A stretch of 64,000 bases of DNA from Octopus sinensis (Eukaryota). The notes below the pieces were generated by a model that was not told the DNA's origin, did no database searches, and saw nothing but the letters and a program-made list of their open reading frames with translations. Numbering within the stretch: position 1 is the first letter of the stretch; each line of letters begins with the position of its first letter. The stretch covers positions 89,156,001 through 89,220,000 of the forward strand of contig NC_043002.1 of NCBI RefSeq assembly GCF_006345805.1, read 5' to 3'. Below, one piece after another: positions 1 through 13,330 of this stretch. The position numbers and the translations under genes are program-made.

Positions 1-844
1 ACCTACAATGTGCTAAAGGTTACATGCACCTAATAATAAATACCACCTCCTTTATAGAGTGACTTTTGCATGAAATTTCCAAAAATCTATATTTATCATT
101 GAGTTATGTTTTCTTCTTCAATTGACTTGGAAAGTAAAACTAGAAACAAAACTAATTTGAATAACAAAAGTTAACATAAATTAGTTCACATATAAATTAG
201 TTAATATGCAAAGTAGTTTGGTTACCAGGCTATTAGAGTAGTAGAATGATTAGTGTTTTTCAGTATTTACTTGTAGTTCTTCGTATTCTGATTTCAAATC
301 CCACTGAGGTCAACTTTACTTTCATCCTTCCAAGTTCAATAAAATAAAGTATCAATAAAACACTGAGGTTAATTTAATTGACTATACCTATCTTCTGAAT
401 TAGTAGTCTTATGCTGGTATTACAAATCAAATTAATCATGTTACTGATTCAGATTTGAAACTTTCAATACATTCTATTTTGTTTCCATGTGTTTTCCTCA
501 TGGATATTTATTAAAAAAGGTTATGAAGTTTAACCATTTTTGTAATAATTATTAATTTTACAATAATGATATTGAAATAGTGTTTGATATTGTTGGCCCA
601 CTAGGAAAATTATGAGTTCTTTTTAAAATAGTTTACCAGCATCAGATTAGCCTGTTTACATGGCATTGTTTTTTTTTACATATTTGGTCTTTAAATTTGT
701 ATCTTAATTATTGTCTAGGAATTTCAATAGTTAATCATAATTGAAAAGGCCTGTAATATTCTGATAGTATACAAAATGGTTAAAAATATTCATTATCTCA
801 GAATTCTTAAATACCAGAAACTATTAATTACTTTTTTTTTTACT

Positions 845-960
845 TTTACTTTTACTTGTTTCAGTCATTTGACTGCGGCCATGCCGGGGCACCGCCTTTA
901 GTCGAGCAAATCGACCCTGGGACTTATTCGTTGTAAGCCCAGTACTTATTCTATCGGTTT
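845..960 (-). mobile_element. Second SINE family, 3' part (other copies ~3419-3554 +, 10160-10280 +, 29800-29970, 51770-51960, 54270-54440)
   Basis: Recurrent TTACTTGTTTCAGTCATTTGACTGCGGCCATGC..TAGTACTTATTCTATC. Confidence 0.75.
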
Positions 961-2049
961 CCTGTTGATAACCCTTATCTATAAGCTATTTTCATTACAT
1001 TGGTCCACACATGTTAAAAGCAACAATGTCACTGAAACTAAGGGGCTTTTGATTACTAAAAAGTGTAAAGAAACACTATTTTGTTGCTCAGGTGGTACTA
1101 GTGATAACACATGTAAATGACACTCACATACTCACACACACACACATGACTGGCTTCTTATCTAGCAATTCTACTCTAAAGCCATTGCTCAGTCTGAAGT
1201 TATATCAGAAAACACCCAAGGTGACATGGAGTGGACTTAATTGAAAGCACATACTTGTAAAGTGAACATTGTAACCACACTACCATGCCTGCAGACACAC
1301 ATGCACACACATATTGCATTGTTATCAGAAATTATTGATGATCTCCTATTCTTCTCATTTGAGGGAGCCCTCAATAAAAATGCAAGTGTCTAATTGTCTG
1401 CTCTTATAAATTCTTTTCTAAACCATTTTCTTTAAGTTTTGGTCATTTTGTTGTTTCTCTTATTCCATATTTCAGATTCATAATTTTTTTTTCACCCTGC
1501 TCCTAAATTATAGCATTAATTTTTGTTGTGATAAGATTTTCTTCTTTGTCACATTGGGAAAAGTCTAGAAAGTTGTTTTCTAACTGTATTTTTTTTTGTC
1601 ATTGTTTTTATGTTGGTGTCTTTTTAAACTTTATCTGACCACTCTCTACCATTGAAGTGGTTGTTATTAAGTATATATTTTTATTCCTCTAAATATATAT
1701 ATATATAATATATATATTGAAAACCCATGGACAGTGATATTTCTCTTTTCTAACAAATTGAAAAAAATTTGCCATATTTTTTGTTAATTTTAATTATTCA
1801 ATTTAACTTCCATAAAGCACCTGTCGTAGTGGTTTTCCAAATAACTAAATCATTTATCCTAAGAACTGCACTCAGACCATCTGGAATGAATCATATGGTC
1901 ATCTTGACCTCCTTTATATGTTCCAATCGGTCTTCTTGCTGGAAACCTGCCAGTCTAAGTATGAACACTTACTGTAACACTTTCCCCCCTAATAATAATG
2001 TATGTGCACAGGATCCTCTGTTATACCCCACTGCTGCTTCCTTACATTC

Positions 2050-2230
2050 ACATACACGCACACATATGTGTGTGTGAGTGTGTTGTATGTGTATATATGT
2101 GTGTGTGTGTATATGTATATATATATACATATATACATGTGTGTATATGTGCATCTATGTATATATAAATGTATGTATATACATGTATGTGTGTGTGTAT
2201 GTATACATATATTCGCACACACATGCACGT
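2050..2230. repeat. Compound (TA)/(TG)/(CA) microsatellite (similar at 36050-36312, 54470-54530, 58047-58128)
   Basis: Direct reading; explains the Y/I/C/V/H/T ORFs. Confidence 0.95.
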
Positions 2231-2611
2231 GTAGCCTGTCCTTTTTTTTTGTTGCATGTTTATTTTTCTATATTTTGTAAAAACCTTTTGTTGAAAGAAA
2301 AACTGAAGGAATTCCAATAATAGTCCAATATTAGCAATTCTACATTTTGTTTTGTTTCCAGGTTTGTGTCTACCCTAGCTTCTGTTTCTTCAGTGTTGCT
2401 ATCTATTATTTATACCAAACCTTGCTCGTTTTTGTTTTCAATATTATTTTTTAATCTTAAATATCCTCTTGTAGCCAACGTTCTTCTGTTAGCAAGTATT
2501 TTTTTTTTACCTATTGAAACAACGTACTTGTCTTAAAATTCAGCTTACATCAATTTTTTTTCTTTAATAAAAACTAACAAAAAGCTAAAATAATAATAAT
2601 AAGAAGAAGAA

Positions 2612-2827
2612 TTCTTTCTAAGTTTGGCACAAGGCTGCAATTTTGGGAGTAGGGGGCTAGCCAGTTACATTGACACAATACTTGGTGGGTATTTTATTTT
2701 ATGAACCCCAAACCCCAAAGGGATGAAAGCCAAAAGTTGACCTTCATGGGATTTGAACTTAGAATGTAAAGAACCAGAAGAAATACCTTTTTTGTGATGT
2801 GCTAACAATTCTGCCAACTCATTGCCT

Positions 2828-2890
<63 letters not shown>

Positions 2891-5150
2891 CAATAATAAT
2901 AATCTTTATTAACTACTGAGGGTTCATATAGAAGATTGGGGACAGTACAGGACAATACAAAATGAGAGGCATTGGAATGTATAAATAAAGAACAATAAAA
3001 GTCATAACCATTAAAACTTCTAAAAGAGGGAGACTTCCAAGGGCTACTTGTAGAAAACCCCACAAAAACTGTGATCACTCTAACCTCTAGGGCAAGTGCC
3101 CGCATTTCTTAATCTAACGTTGATCTAGAGCTGCATGCTTGGAGTAGGCCCATTCATTTGGGCCATTCTCAAATAATAATCCTTTCCACTATAGGCATAA
3201 AGCGTGAAATTTTTGGGAGGGGACTAGTTGGCTGCATTGACCTCAGTGCTAAACTGGTACTTACTTCATTGACCCCAAAAGAATGAGTGGCAAAGTTGAC
3301 TTCAGTAGAATTTGAATTCACAGTATAAAGACAGATGAAATACTGCTAAACATTTCATCCGGCATGCTAAAAATTCTGCCAGCTCACTGCCTTAATAATA
3401 ATAATAATCTTTCTACTAACCTAGCGATTCGGCAAAAGAGACCAACAGAATAAGTACCAGACTTACAAAGAATAAGTCTGAGGGTTGATTTGTTCAACTA
3501 AAGGCAGTGCTCTAGCATGGCCACAGTCAAATGACTGAAACAAATAAGAGAATAAAGGCACAAGGCCTGAAATTTGTAGGGAGGGGGCTAGTCAATTACA
3601 TCAACCCTTAACGGATGAAAGGCAAAGTCAACAGAATTTGAACTCAGAACACAATGACACAGGCGAAATACCGCTAAGCATTTCATCCAGTATGCTAACA
3701 ATTCTGCCAGCTCAATAATAATAATAATAATAATAATAATATAATAATGGTTTCAAATTTTGGAACAAGGCCAGTAATTTCGGGGGAGGAGTAAGTTGAT
3801 TACCTCAACCCCAGTAATCAACTGGTCCTTATGTTAATGACCCCAAAAGGATGAAAGGATGTTAAGCATTTTGCCCAGTGCTGTAACAATTCTGCCTGAT
3901 TACTTCTTTAAGAATAATAATAAATAGAAAGATACTAATAATAATTATTATTATTGTTTCTAAAGACAAATAGGCACAAAGCCTAAAATTTGGAATAGGA
4001 GACAAGTCAGTTATAACAAACCTACTCTTGTATATTTAAGGTATTTTCTTCATTGACCCTGAAAAGAGGAAAAGTGAAATTGATGGGTTTGGAAATCAGA
4101 TTAAACACCAGAATGAATACCACAAGACCTTTTTTTTTTTTGACACTCTGACAAGTTTTTCAATCCACCACCCTTTATAATTGATTCTGATATAGACACA
4201 ATGAGTGGCACCAGGAGTAAGTCAACTACATTGGTCCCAGTCCGTGACTGGCATTTAAATTTCTCAGCTTCCAAAATGCAATGGTTGTCTTGACAGGATT
4301 AATTTTGCCTGTCATCCTTCTAGGAGCAACAAAAATAAAATGCCTGTCAAATACTGGGCTAAGATGCTCCCTACAAAATATCAGCTCCTTGTGTTTATAT
4401 TAGAAACAACAACAACAACTATAATAATAATAATACTCCTTTCTACTAAAGGCATAAGGCCTGAAATTTGGTGGGAAGGGACTAATTGATTACATTGACC
4501 CCAGTGTCTCATTGGTACTTAATTTATCAACCTCAAAAGGATGAAAGTCAACCATGGCAGAATTTGAACTCAGAACTTAAGGACAGAAGAAATGCCACTT
4601 AGCATTTTACCTGGCATGCTAATGATTTTGCCAGCTCACCGCCTTAAAATATTGATTTCAAATTTTGGTACAAAGCCCATAGTTTCAAGGATAGGGGGTA
4701 AGTCCATTACAAAGACCCCAGTGCTCAACTTCTACTTATTTTATAGACCCTGAAAGGATGAAAAGCAAACTCGACTTTGGGGTTTGAACTCAGAATGTGA
4801 AGATGGACAAAATGCTGCTAAGCATTCTGTCTGACACACTAATGGTTCTGCCAGCTCGCCGCCTTTAAAAAGTTGCCAGCAGATGACTAAGGCAGTCAAA
4901 CTCATACAAGTTTGAGTACCAGCTGATTACTTTACTATTAAGTTAAATGACCCACTGACATTAATAATAATCCTTTCTACTATAGGCACAAGGCTTGATT
5001 TTTTTTTTGAGGGATGGGCTAAGTTGATTACATTGACCCCGGTGCTCAACTGGTACTTATTTTACTGACCCCTAAAGGATGAAAGGCAAAGTCAATCCTA
5101 GCACCATTTGAACTCAGAATGTAAAGACAGACAAATACCACCAAGCATTT
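2612..5150 (-). mobile_element. Cluster of ~8 co-oriented tRNA-derived SINE copies, mostly separated by (AAT)n
   Basis: Recurrent GACCCC..AAGGATGAAAGGCAAAGTCGAC..GAATTTGAACTCAGAA..CTGCCAGCTCGCCGCC (reverse-complemented B-box and head). Confidence 0.85.
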
Positions 5151-6787
5151 TGTTTTTATACGTGAGATTTTTTAAGTTCAAAGCTGTAAAATAATTAGTT
5201 ACCTTTGAGGAAGGAATGAAAATGCATTGACAAGAATTGAACTCAGAAACATGCAACATGAAATTATATTCTATAAAAATAGCCTTTCAAAAGTTCCTGC
5301 ATAAATTATATAAATGATCACTTAACTCTGAAGAATATTTTATAGAACATATTACTGAATGAAAATACTTAGAGAGGTCATTTGCATGAAAAACAATAAT
5401 CAAAGTAGTATTAACATATTTAATGTAGTAAGCATCTAAATTCTAATCAGAAATAATTATGTGGTGAAGGAAAGATAATATTAGTCTATGACTAATATTA
5501 TTTTGATCATTCCAACAAACATAAAAGAGAGCTCTGGATATGTTTTGGTTTTATCAAACCTCATCAGTGAAACATAGACTTCACCTTGTATACTGAAGTG
5601 GTACACTCACTAGATACCTATACAATATTGTATGTGTCTAGGTATGAAAATTTGCATATTCTAGTTATTAAATTAACAAGAAAAATTACATGGTGACACT
5701 GTAGTGAATATTAAAGATTGCAATTTTAAAAATTCTGTGATCACATATATTTTCAATAATATCGAGATAATTTATACTAAACTACGCTGTATTGTTTCCC
5801 TGTTTTATGTCCACCACTTCTCCATGTCAGTATGAAGCAGCATTTTACAGCCAGATGCCCTTTCTGTCACTAACCTTTACCTAATTTTTTTCATTCCACT
5901 AATCTTGCAAAGTGCAGAGCAGTGGGACGTATTGTCAATGGAAAATGTAAGAATTACATCAGTTTCACTCAAGCAGTGACAAGTAAAGCTGTGAAATATA
6001 AATATTTATGCACACACATACGAACATACATGTACACACACACACACACAACAGGCTTCCTTGCAGTTCAAGGTATTGGTCACTTTGGGGTTTATAGTAG
6101 AAGACAATTGCCCGAGGTTTCATGCAGTTGGATAGAACTCCAAAAACCATATGGTCAAGAAGCAAACTGTGTATCCACACAGCCACGTCTGCATCTCTAT
6201 TATGTAAAATAATTTAAATATCATCTATAAAAAAGGATGCAAAGTAGATTTTTTGCGCAATTGTTAGAAATTGGATACAGTTTTTATATCTGTTTCATGT
6301 CTTGTCTATATCTTATTACATTAGTATATGGCTTCTGCAATATTACTTGTAATTTCAAGCATAGATAACCAGAGATCAATAATTATTTATCTGGAAAAGT
6401 AACTATTAAGCCGATGGATGTAATTTATATTAATCATGTGATTAAAAGACATCTTAGAAAATTGTTTTGTTTGAAATTAGCTGACTCTCCCATCTGTTCT
6501 TATTTGTTTTCAAACATTCAGAATTTTCATGGGAAAATATTGTTTGTAAAGCTGTTTTTCTGTTATTTGTATCAAGATTTTGTTGGGTCTAGGGAGCCAA
6601 TATAATTAGCACACACATTGGTTCAATTTCACTCTTTTATTATTTGTCAGTTGGTTAAATATCCAACTAACTAATCGATTATTTAATTTGCTTTGTTCTT
6701 GTTTGTCAAAGTTCTTTCGATGACTCAATATCTTCCATATCATATTTATATATTTTAAAACAAAATACTATTAAAGTATTCATTTAA

Positions 6788-7002
6788 CCCTTTAGTATTT
6801 AAACCAGTCATATCCAACCAAAATGTTCTACCTGCTTTATGTTCAAATTGGCAAGATCTTCTACACCTAAATTAAAATGTCAGTCTAAAAACTAACCAAT
6901 CTCATCATCAAATTCTTGAAGCTACAAAATTATTTATGATTAATTCAAAACAATGTGAATAAATAAGCATACATTAGACAAAGTAACCTGAATCTTAAAA
7001 GG
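6788..7002. mobile_element. piggyBac-type MITE, older copy of the 53615 family
   Basis: TTAA|CCCTTTAGTATTTAA start, colinear similarity to 53615-53834, degenerate right end. Confidence 0.7.
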
Positions 7003-8222
7003 TTATGGACATTATTTTATAGCAAGTTTTATAACAACTCAGTATTGAAAGTAGAGTCAAATTTATAAATTTAGTTTTAAAGAGCTCTAAATTTTCCCTG
7101 ATAGTTAATTCAGGTAGTCAGTTGACATAGTGAATAAGCCATCTGGTGAAACTTAAAGTCCCAATCCAATTGAATTTTATAATAAATTACAAACATGTAA
7201 AGCTAACAAATATCTAACTATATTCTACCACATTTTGACTGACTTCAAAACAATCAATGCTTTTTTTGTATTAGATGTGATGGTCTAGTTATATTTTCTA
7301 TCTGATTAGCTCGACTTGACTTTTCTTGAATATCATTGTCTTTATGCTTTACATATTTGTCTTCTCATAATATTCCTTGAGTTATACTGATATTTCTCTG
7401 AGTTTGTATTCATTTGATAATATATTTTCCATTAAAATTGATGATTTTAGCAATATTTTATTTCTATCTTGTTTCATTTTATTTACACAACTATTTTCTT
7501 TGGTAGCTATACCTTTTGTCTAAGTTCTTACATCTGAAATTTCTCAGCCATTAGAAATAGTGGTAATTGTTGTTGTTTAACCCAGGCCAACCTTAATCAG
7601 TCAATACATGATCGAAGCTATTCCAGTAGTGACCACTCTATTTTGTTTTTTATATCTAGAATATATTCCCCAAAGTGATAGATTATGATTTGAAGGAGAT
7701 TTATCTAGTATTTCTAGATAGTAAATTATCTGGTATTTCTGGCAGATAAATCCTACCAGGTCAACTTTGCTTTTCATCCCTTTCACAGTTGATAAAGCAC
7801 CAAGCTAGGATGATGGACTGGTTAAATCATAGAAAAATTGGATAGAAATCATCCTAGTGGTAGTTTGCTATTTGTTCTAACCGGCCAACTTGCATACAAA
7901 CTTAAGTTGTTGTCTGGTTTAACACTATTACCAGGTTTCTGTGTGACTTTAGCATTTAGGTCCGGTGATAATAGTTTGCCCCCTCCCACCAGTCTCAGAA
8001 ACGCTGGAAGGATAATGGGCACTGCCTTCCCTCCTGTCTAAGCAATAAAAAATATTGATCAGCTATGTAGTGGTTCCTTTATCAGTTTCTAAAAATAGTC
8101 TATGTGTGTGGAGTTTATGTATATATATGTGTGTGTGTGTGTACATCATGGACTCTCCTGTTGTTAGACAATGTATGAGGGTTCTGCAGTTTCTTGCTAA
8201 ACAATGATACAGACGATTTGCT

Positions 8223-8259
<37 letters not shown>

Positions 8260-8365
8260 CTGTCTGTCCAAAATTAGAGAATGGAGTAGATAGAATCCAG
8301 ACTACATATGTTTCATAGCAAGCGGAACCTCAGAAGTAATAATTACAATATATATATAAGTAGAA

Positions 8366-8524
8366 AGATATATTTTTTTCAGCACGTAAATACTGAACAG
8401 TATGTATAAAGGATAAAATCCTTTTTAAGAGCAGAAAAATTTGCCAGTAAATTTTTCTGCTTTTAAAAAGGATTTTATCCTTTATATATACTGTTTAGTA
8501 TTTATGCGTTGAAAAAATATATCT
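8366..8524. repeat. ~160-bp hairpin palindrome
   Basis: Arms mirror around a 2-nt centre at 8445-8446. Confidence 0.85.
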
Positions 8525-8559
8525 CTCTTTGCAACCTACAATATTGCTTCCTTTTCAAA

Positions 8560-8590
<31 letters not shown>

Positions 8591-8592
<2 letters not shown>

Positions 8593-9037
8593 TTGTATAC
8601 TGTCAACTCAACGTGACAGTCCCGTAAAAGGAATCACACCACCGCTATTTAGCCCTAGGAAGCATCGACGCTTCCTGTCGGCTTTGACACATTTCCTGTG
8701 TCCTTATATTTGCAAAGGGGAGGCAAGCACCCCTGCCAGCTAGGATTAGCACCTGAAGACATGCATGTTTCTGGGTCTTGCCCGTCATCAGTCCAGGGTA
8801 GCAAATCCTGCTAGCTGAGATGGCTGCAACCACTTTGCAAATATATAATATTTTCAGTGAAATTTATTCACTGATCAGCAAAATTAGAAATATTGAATTT
8901 CTAACTGTCTCAGAGAGACATGAGCGGTGGTGGGGCGATATAGTGGGACTGTCACGTTGAGTTGACAGTATACAACCACTATATCACCCCACAACTGCTC
9001 ATGTCTCTCTGAGACATTTAGAAATTCAATATTTCTA

Positions 9038-9039
<2 letters not shown>
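8591..9039. mobile_element. TIR element in (TA)n with an extra foldback duplication
   Basis: Perfect 33-bp inverted repeat 8591-8623 / 8945-8977; second inverted repeat 8883-8946 / 8976-9039. Confidence 0.75.
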
Positions 9040-9073
<34 letters not shown>

Positions 9074-11215
9074 TGCTTTTTTTTTTTTTATTACAAAAGG
9101 AATATTTACTGTTTTACGGAAACATTTTACTCAGGTACAAATTTAAGGATGTTCACTCTGGGAATTTATAATTCTTTATCATTAGTGGATAAAACTGCCA
9201 GAATAATGTTATCATTTCCATTGCAGGAGACCTTGACCATTCTAATTTAGCTACTGCTATTTTGTTTCATACTACTTAGTATGAAATTAAATCAATTAAG
9301 CTTCTATCTGTGATAGAAACATGTGCAAACAATTCAGTTTTGTGAATAATAGGATCCACAAAATTTCATTTAACATTCATTTTTTCTTAGACATAATTTC
9401 TTATTAAAGACCAAAAAAAAAAAAAAATACTTTCTTCAGAAAATAAACTCAATTTTGTGTTTGTTTTTCTATGTTCAAATCCTGATTTGCATTTATTACT
9501 TTGTTATAATTCTGTTGCCACAACCACCACTACTAGTTTGCATGTTTCAGTTGAACACTTTTGTTACTGTGTTCTTATATGTCTCACTGCTTGAATATTT
9601 CTTGGGAAGTCAAATATTTCTACAAATGTCACAATTTCCCAATCATTTATTTTCATACTTTTTTTCTTTTTCTATTTTTTTCTTTCAGTTTTCATGTTCT
9701 TTAAAAAAAAAACTCAGGACAAAAAGTTGTTCTTTCAAATTTCTCAAAATGTTGCTACTCTGATGAAATTCTTTTTCATATATTCATATATTAATAGTAT
9801 ATTTAGTAACTGGCTTGCTCTGAGTGATGCAAAACAACAAATTTATATGCTAATTATGCTTATATTTATGTATATATGTGTGTATGTGTATATATATATA
9901 TAAAATATTAGAAAAAAACCACCTTTTATCAATTCAAAATTAATAATTAAATTACACCATCTAGAAAATTACATATAATAGAAAAGTTAAAATTAAAATA
10001 ACAATTAAAAAGTAAAGATTAAGTAAATTACAAAAATAATATAATGTATATAATAGGTGTGGAATTTGATCTAGTATTTCTAAATTGAATTCTTTTTCCA
10101 TGTAAGTTTGGATTTTATTCCCTCAAATAATAATTATATATATATATATATATATATAAGAGACTGATAAAATAAGTACCAGGCTTAAAAAAATAAGTAC
10201 TAGGGAGAATTCATTCAACTAAAATTCCTCAAGATTGTGCCCCAACACAGCTGCAGTCTAATGACTGAAGCATGTAAAAGCTGTATGTCTTTTGAGTAGT
10301 AGAGTTTACATGACGCATTGTCTGATATTTATAAATGTTTTTAATTACTTTTGTTTATATATAGCCAAATCAATGCAAGTTATATATACGGATCGATGGT
10401 TTGTACTTTTACCTTATATTTCAATATTTCGGAGTTAGGAAATCTTCAGAGAACACACTACACAGCAGAGAATTTAACTCTAAACACCATTTCCTGAAGA
10501 AAGGATTCATAACCCTCAAATATTGAAATATGATGTAAAAGTACAGACTATCAATCTGTATTATCTTTTATAACTTGCATTGTTTTGACCTTATTAAAAA
10601 AATAATTGTATATACATACATATATAAGTGAAGGTGCTTGACCTAGTGGTAAGGATGCTGGTCTCACAATCTTTGGGTTGTAAGTCTGAATCCGACCCAA
10701 ACCGGTTGGTACATTGTTTTCTTAAGTAGGGCTCTTCATTTCACATTACTTCAGTCTACTTGGCTGAAAATGTGTTCCAGTAGCATTCAGAGGGAATTCT
10801 TGTATTCTCAGCCACTTAAATGTGATGGAAACCAAGATAGTCTCCAGCCTAGTGGGCCTACAGTCTCAAGACAGATTTTAACTTGTGTATGCATATGTCT
10901 ATATACATATAATATTGCATTTATAGTTAGATTTTGTTAAGCATAACATTGGGCTGAAAAACCTATATTTTTGTTTGTATTTTGATTTATTTTATTACTT
11001 GTTTTTTAAGTGCATATTTAATAATAGTGATTTCTTATATTAAGGGGGTGGGGAAAGACATAGTCAATTTAATCACTCTCAATGTGTGACTTTTTATTTT
11101 AATCAACACCAGCAAGATTTGAACTCAGTGTGCCCAGAACCAGATTTGGATACCATTAGACATTTAATTTGATATTTTTCTGTTACTTCACTATCTTAAT
11201 AATAATAATCCTTTC

Positions 11216-11605
11216 TGCTGTAGACACACGGTCTAAAATTTTGGGAGAGGGGGCTAAGTGATTACATCAACCTCAGTACTCTACTGGTACTTATTTCATT
11301 GACTCCAGAAGAATGAAAGACTAAGTCAACCTCGATGGAATTTGAACTCAGAATGTAAAGACAGATGAAATGCTGCTTAGCATTTTGTCTGGTGTTCTAA
11401 CGATTCTGCCTGCTCACTACCTTAACCTTCCTATTATTGGCACAAGGCCTGAAACTTTGTAGTGTTGAACTGCAGTTTGTTTTATCGACCCCAGAAGGAT
11501 AAAAGGCAATGTTGATCTCAGCAAAATTTAAACTCAGAATGTAAAGCCAGAAGAAATGTCATGAAACATTTTGTCTAGCATGCTGTTGATTCTGCCAGTT
11601 CACCA
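11216..11605 (-). mobile_element. Two tandem copies of the same tRNA-derived SINE
   Basis: Same core as the 2.6-5.1 kb cluster. Confidence 0.8.
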
Positions 11606-12672
11606 TTAATGACAACTTAGACACAAGGCCAACAATTTTGAGGGGAAGGGTTGATTTGTGATGAAGTCTAAAAAAACAACACTGGCCTGATGAAAAAGTA
11701 TTGTTCATGAAACGATATATCTCAATGAGGTTTCTTATTTCTTGAAGAATTCCCCCTCCCTATCTCTACATTATTATTAGTTTAATTCTATTAATTCTTA
11801 TGGAGGGTAGGGGCTTCTAATACTGCCTCAAAAGTAACCTCCCACTTAAACACACATATAAGATATTACTGTTTTTAATTGTATTATCTTCATTGTTTTC
11901 ACCCTTTACCATAAATCTGTTATAATATGTCACACTGGAACATAGATTTGATTTTTCTTTTTTTTCTTTTCTTATTTTCTTTTATTTCTTTTTTGTTTTT
12001 GTTTTAACAATTTGACATTTTTATTATGTTTTTTTCCCCATCTATCAGAATTTTCTGTTTACTAATTTTTAAAATACCAATTTATTGAAAAGCAACATTT
12101 TGAACGTTTAATAAAAGTCCTTATTTATTGCTATGATTTATTAATTTACAGCTTTTAATTATTAATTAATTAATGATACCATTTACGAAGCTGTTTTGTT
12201 TTTGTCATCAAAATTTGGGAAATTGTTTCAAGTTACTTTTTACTTCATCAAAAATCAAGAAAACCTAATTAAATCTCATCAAACTTCAAATAGATTCATT
12301 TTTAAAATTAAAATTTCTATTCAATATAAAAAAAAAGACATCTTGCATCAAATAAAAATTACAAATAGTACATTTTCTTAATATATAATTATGATTTTAT
12401 TATATAACTTTTAAAGCTGGAATTTCTGAAATGTGCTATACATTTTAATAATATCTACTAGTATCATATTATGGTGTATCTTTTTATGCACACCTTAATC
12501 TTTATTCAAGGTTAAATATTTATACATTATGCCAAAGTATTTACAGGTTTTATATTGTAAATGTTTATTTATCTGTTTGTTATCCTTTCATGAGTTGTAC
12601 ATTTTTTATAATCTTGAATTGGTGTATGCGTATGTTAGAGGAAAATTTAAAACAAATGTTTGTATTTTTCAG

Positions 12673-12714
12673 ATAATGGAAGAGTAAACCAGGATCTGCA
12701 TAATCTTGGAAACG
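12673..12714 (+). CDS. Internal coding exon (phase 1-1) of MANSC1/C11orf24-like membrane protein, (D)NGRVNQDLHNLGN
   Basis: tgtatttttcAG acceptor, GTAAGT donor, 42 nt, open and in frame with the 16160 and 22013 exons. Confidence 0.65.
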
Positions 12715-13330
12715 GTAAGTAAAACTTTAAAACAAAACGCTAAATGATATTTAATTTATTAGATCACCTGAAAAATTGTCACCTGCATAGCTTTAGGACA
12801 GTCATGATTCTTCAGCTGGAGCTGACTGGGATAACAATTTTTCAGCTGGGATATTCTGGGGTAGTGATACTTCAGATAACAGTCTCTAGGGTGATTAATT
12901 TTTCAAGTGGGGTGAGAACTTTGACACATTCCACCAACAGCACCAATGCTACTAACAACATTGCCACTACTAACAACAACGCTGCTACTAATACCATCAC
13001 CACCACTAACAACATCATCACTAATGCCAAGACCATTATCACCTTTACCTCCAACATCACCAAAGCTACCAATACCATCAACAATAATACCAGAACTACT
13101 ATCCCTAGTACAACTACTACAACCACCACTACCACCATTCAAAGAAATCTTTATGCCACTTTACTAGAAACAACAGACAAATCTCCCTTAAATCATTCCC
13201 TAGGGATTTCTTGATGAGTAGTCCTAGATAAAGAGAAAAAGGAGATGGTCATGGCTGGAATGCCTTTGATCATAGATCTGCTTGATCAGGGTTGACCTAG
13301 GGTTAAACAGCCATGAGAAAACACATAATA

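Noticed and set aside
1969-2320. Overlapping Y/I/C/V/H/T-rich ORFs (also 30548, 33144, 36044, 54405, 57817, 60725)
   Set aside because: Translations of dinucleotide microsatellites
2362-9290. Additional upstream exons of the + gene (acceptor-like sites at ~2361 and ~9226)
   Set aside because: In-frame stops or no compatible donor
12744-13214. 156-aa Thr/Asn-rich ORF that could be a mucin-stalk exon of the + gene
   Set aside because: Degenerate (ACC/AAC) trinucleotide repeat open in several frames on both strands; no convincing donor
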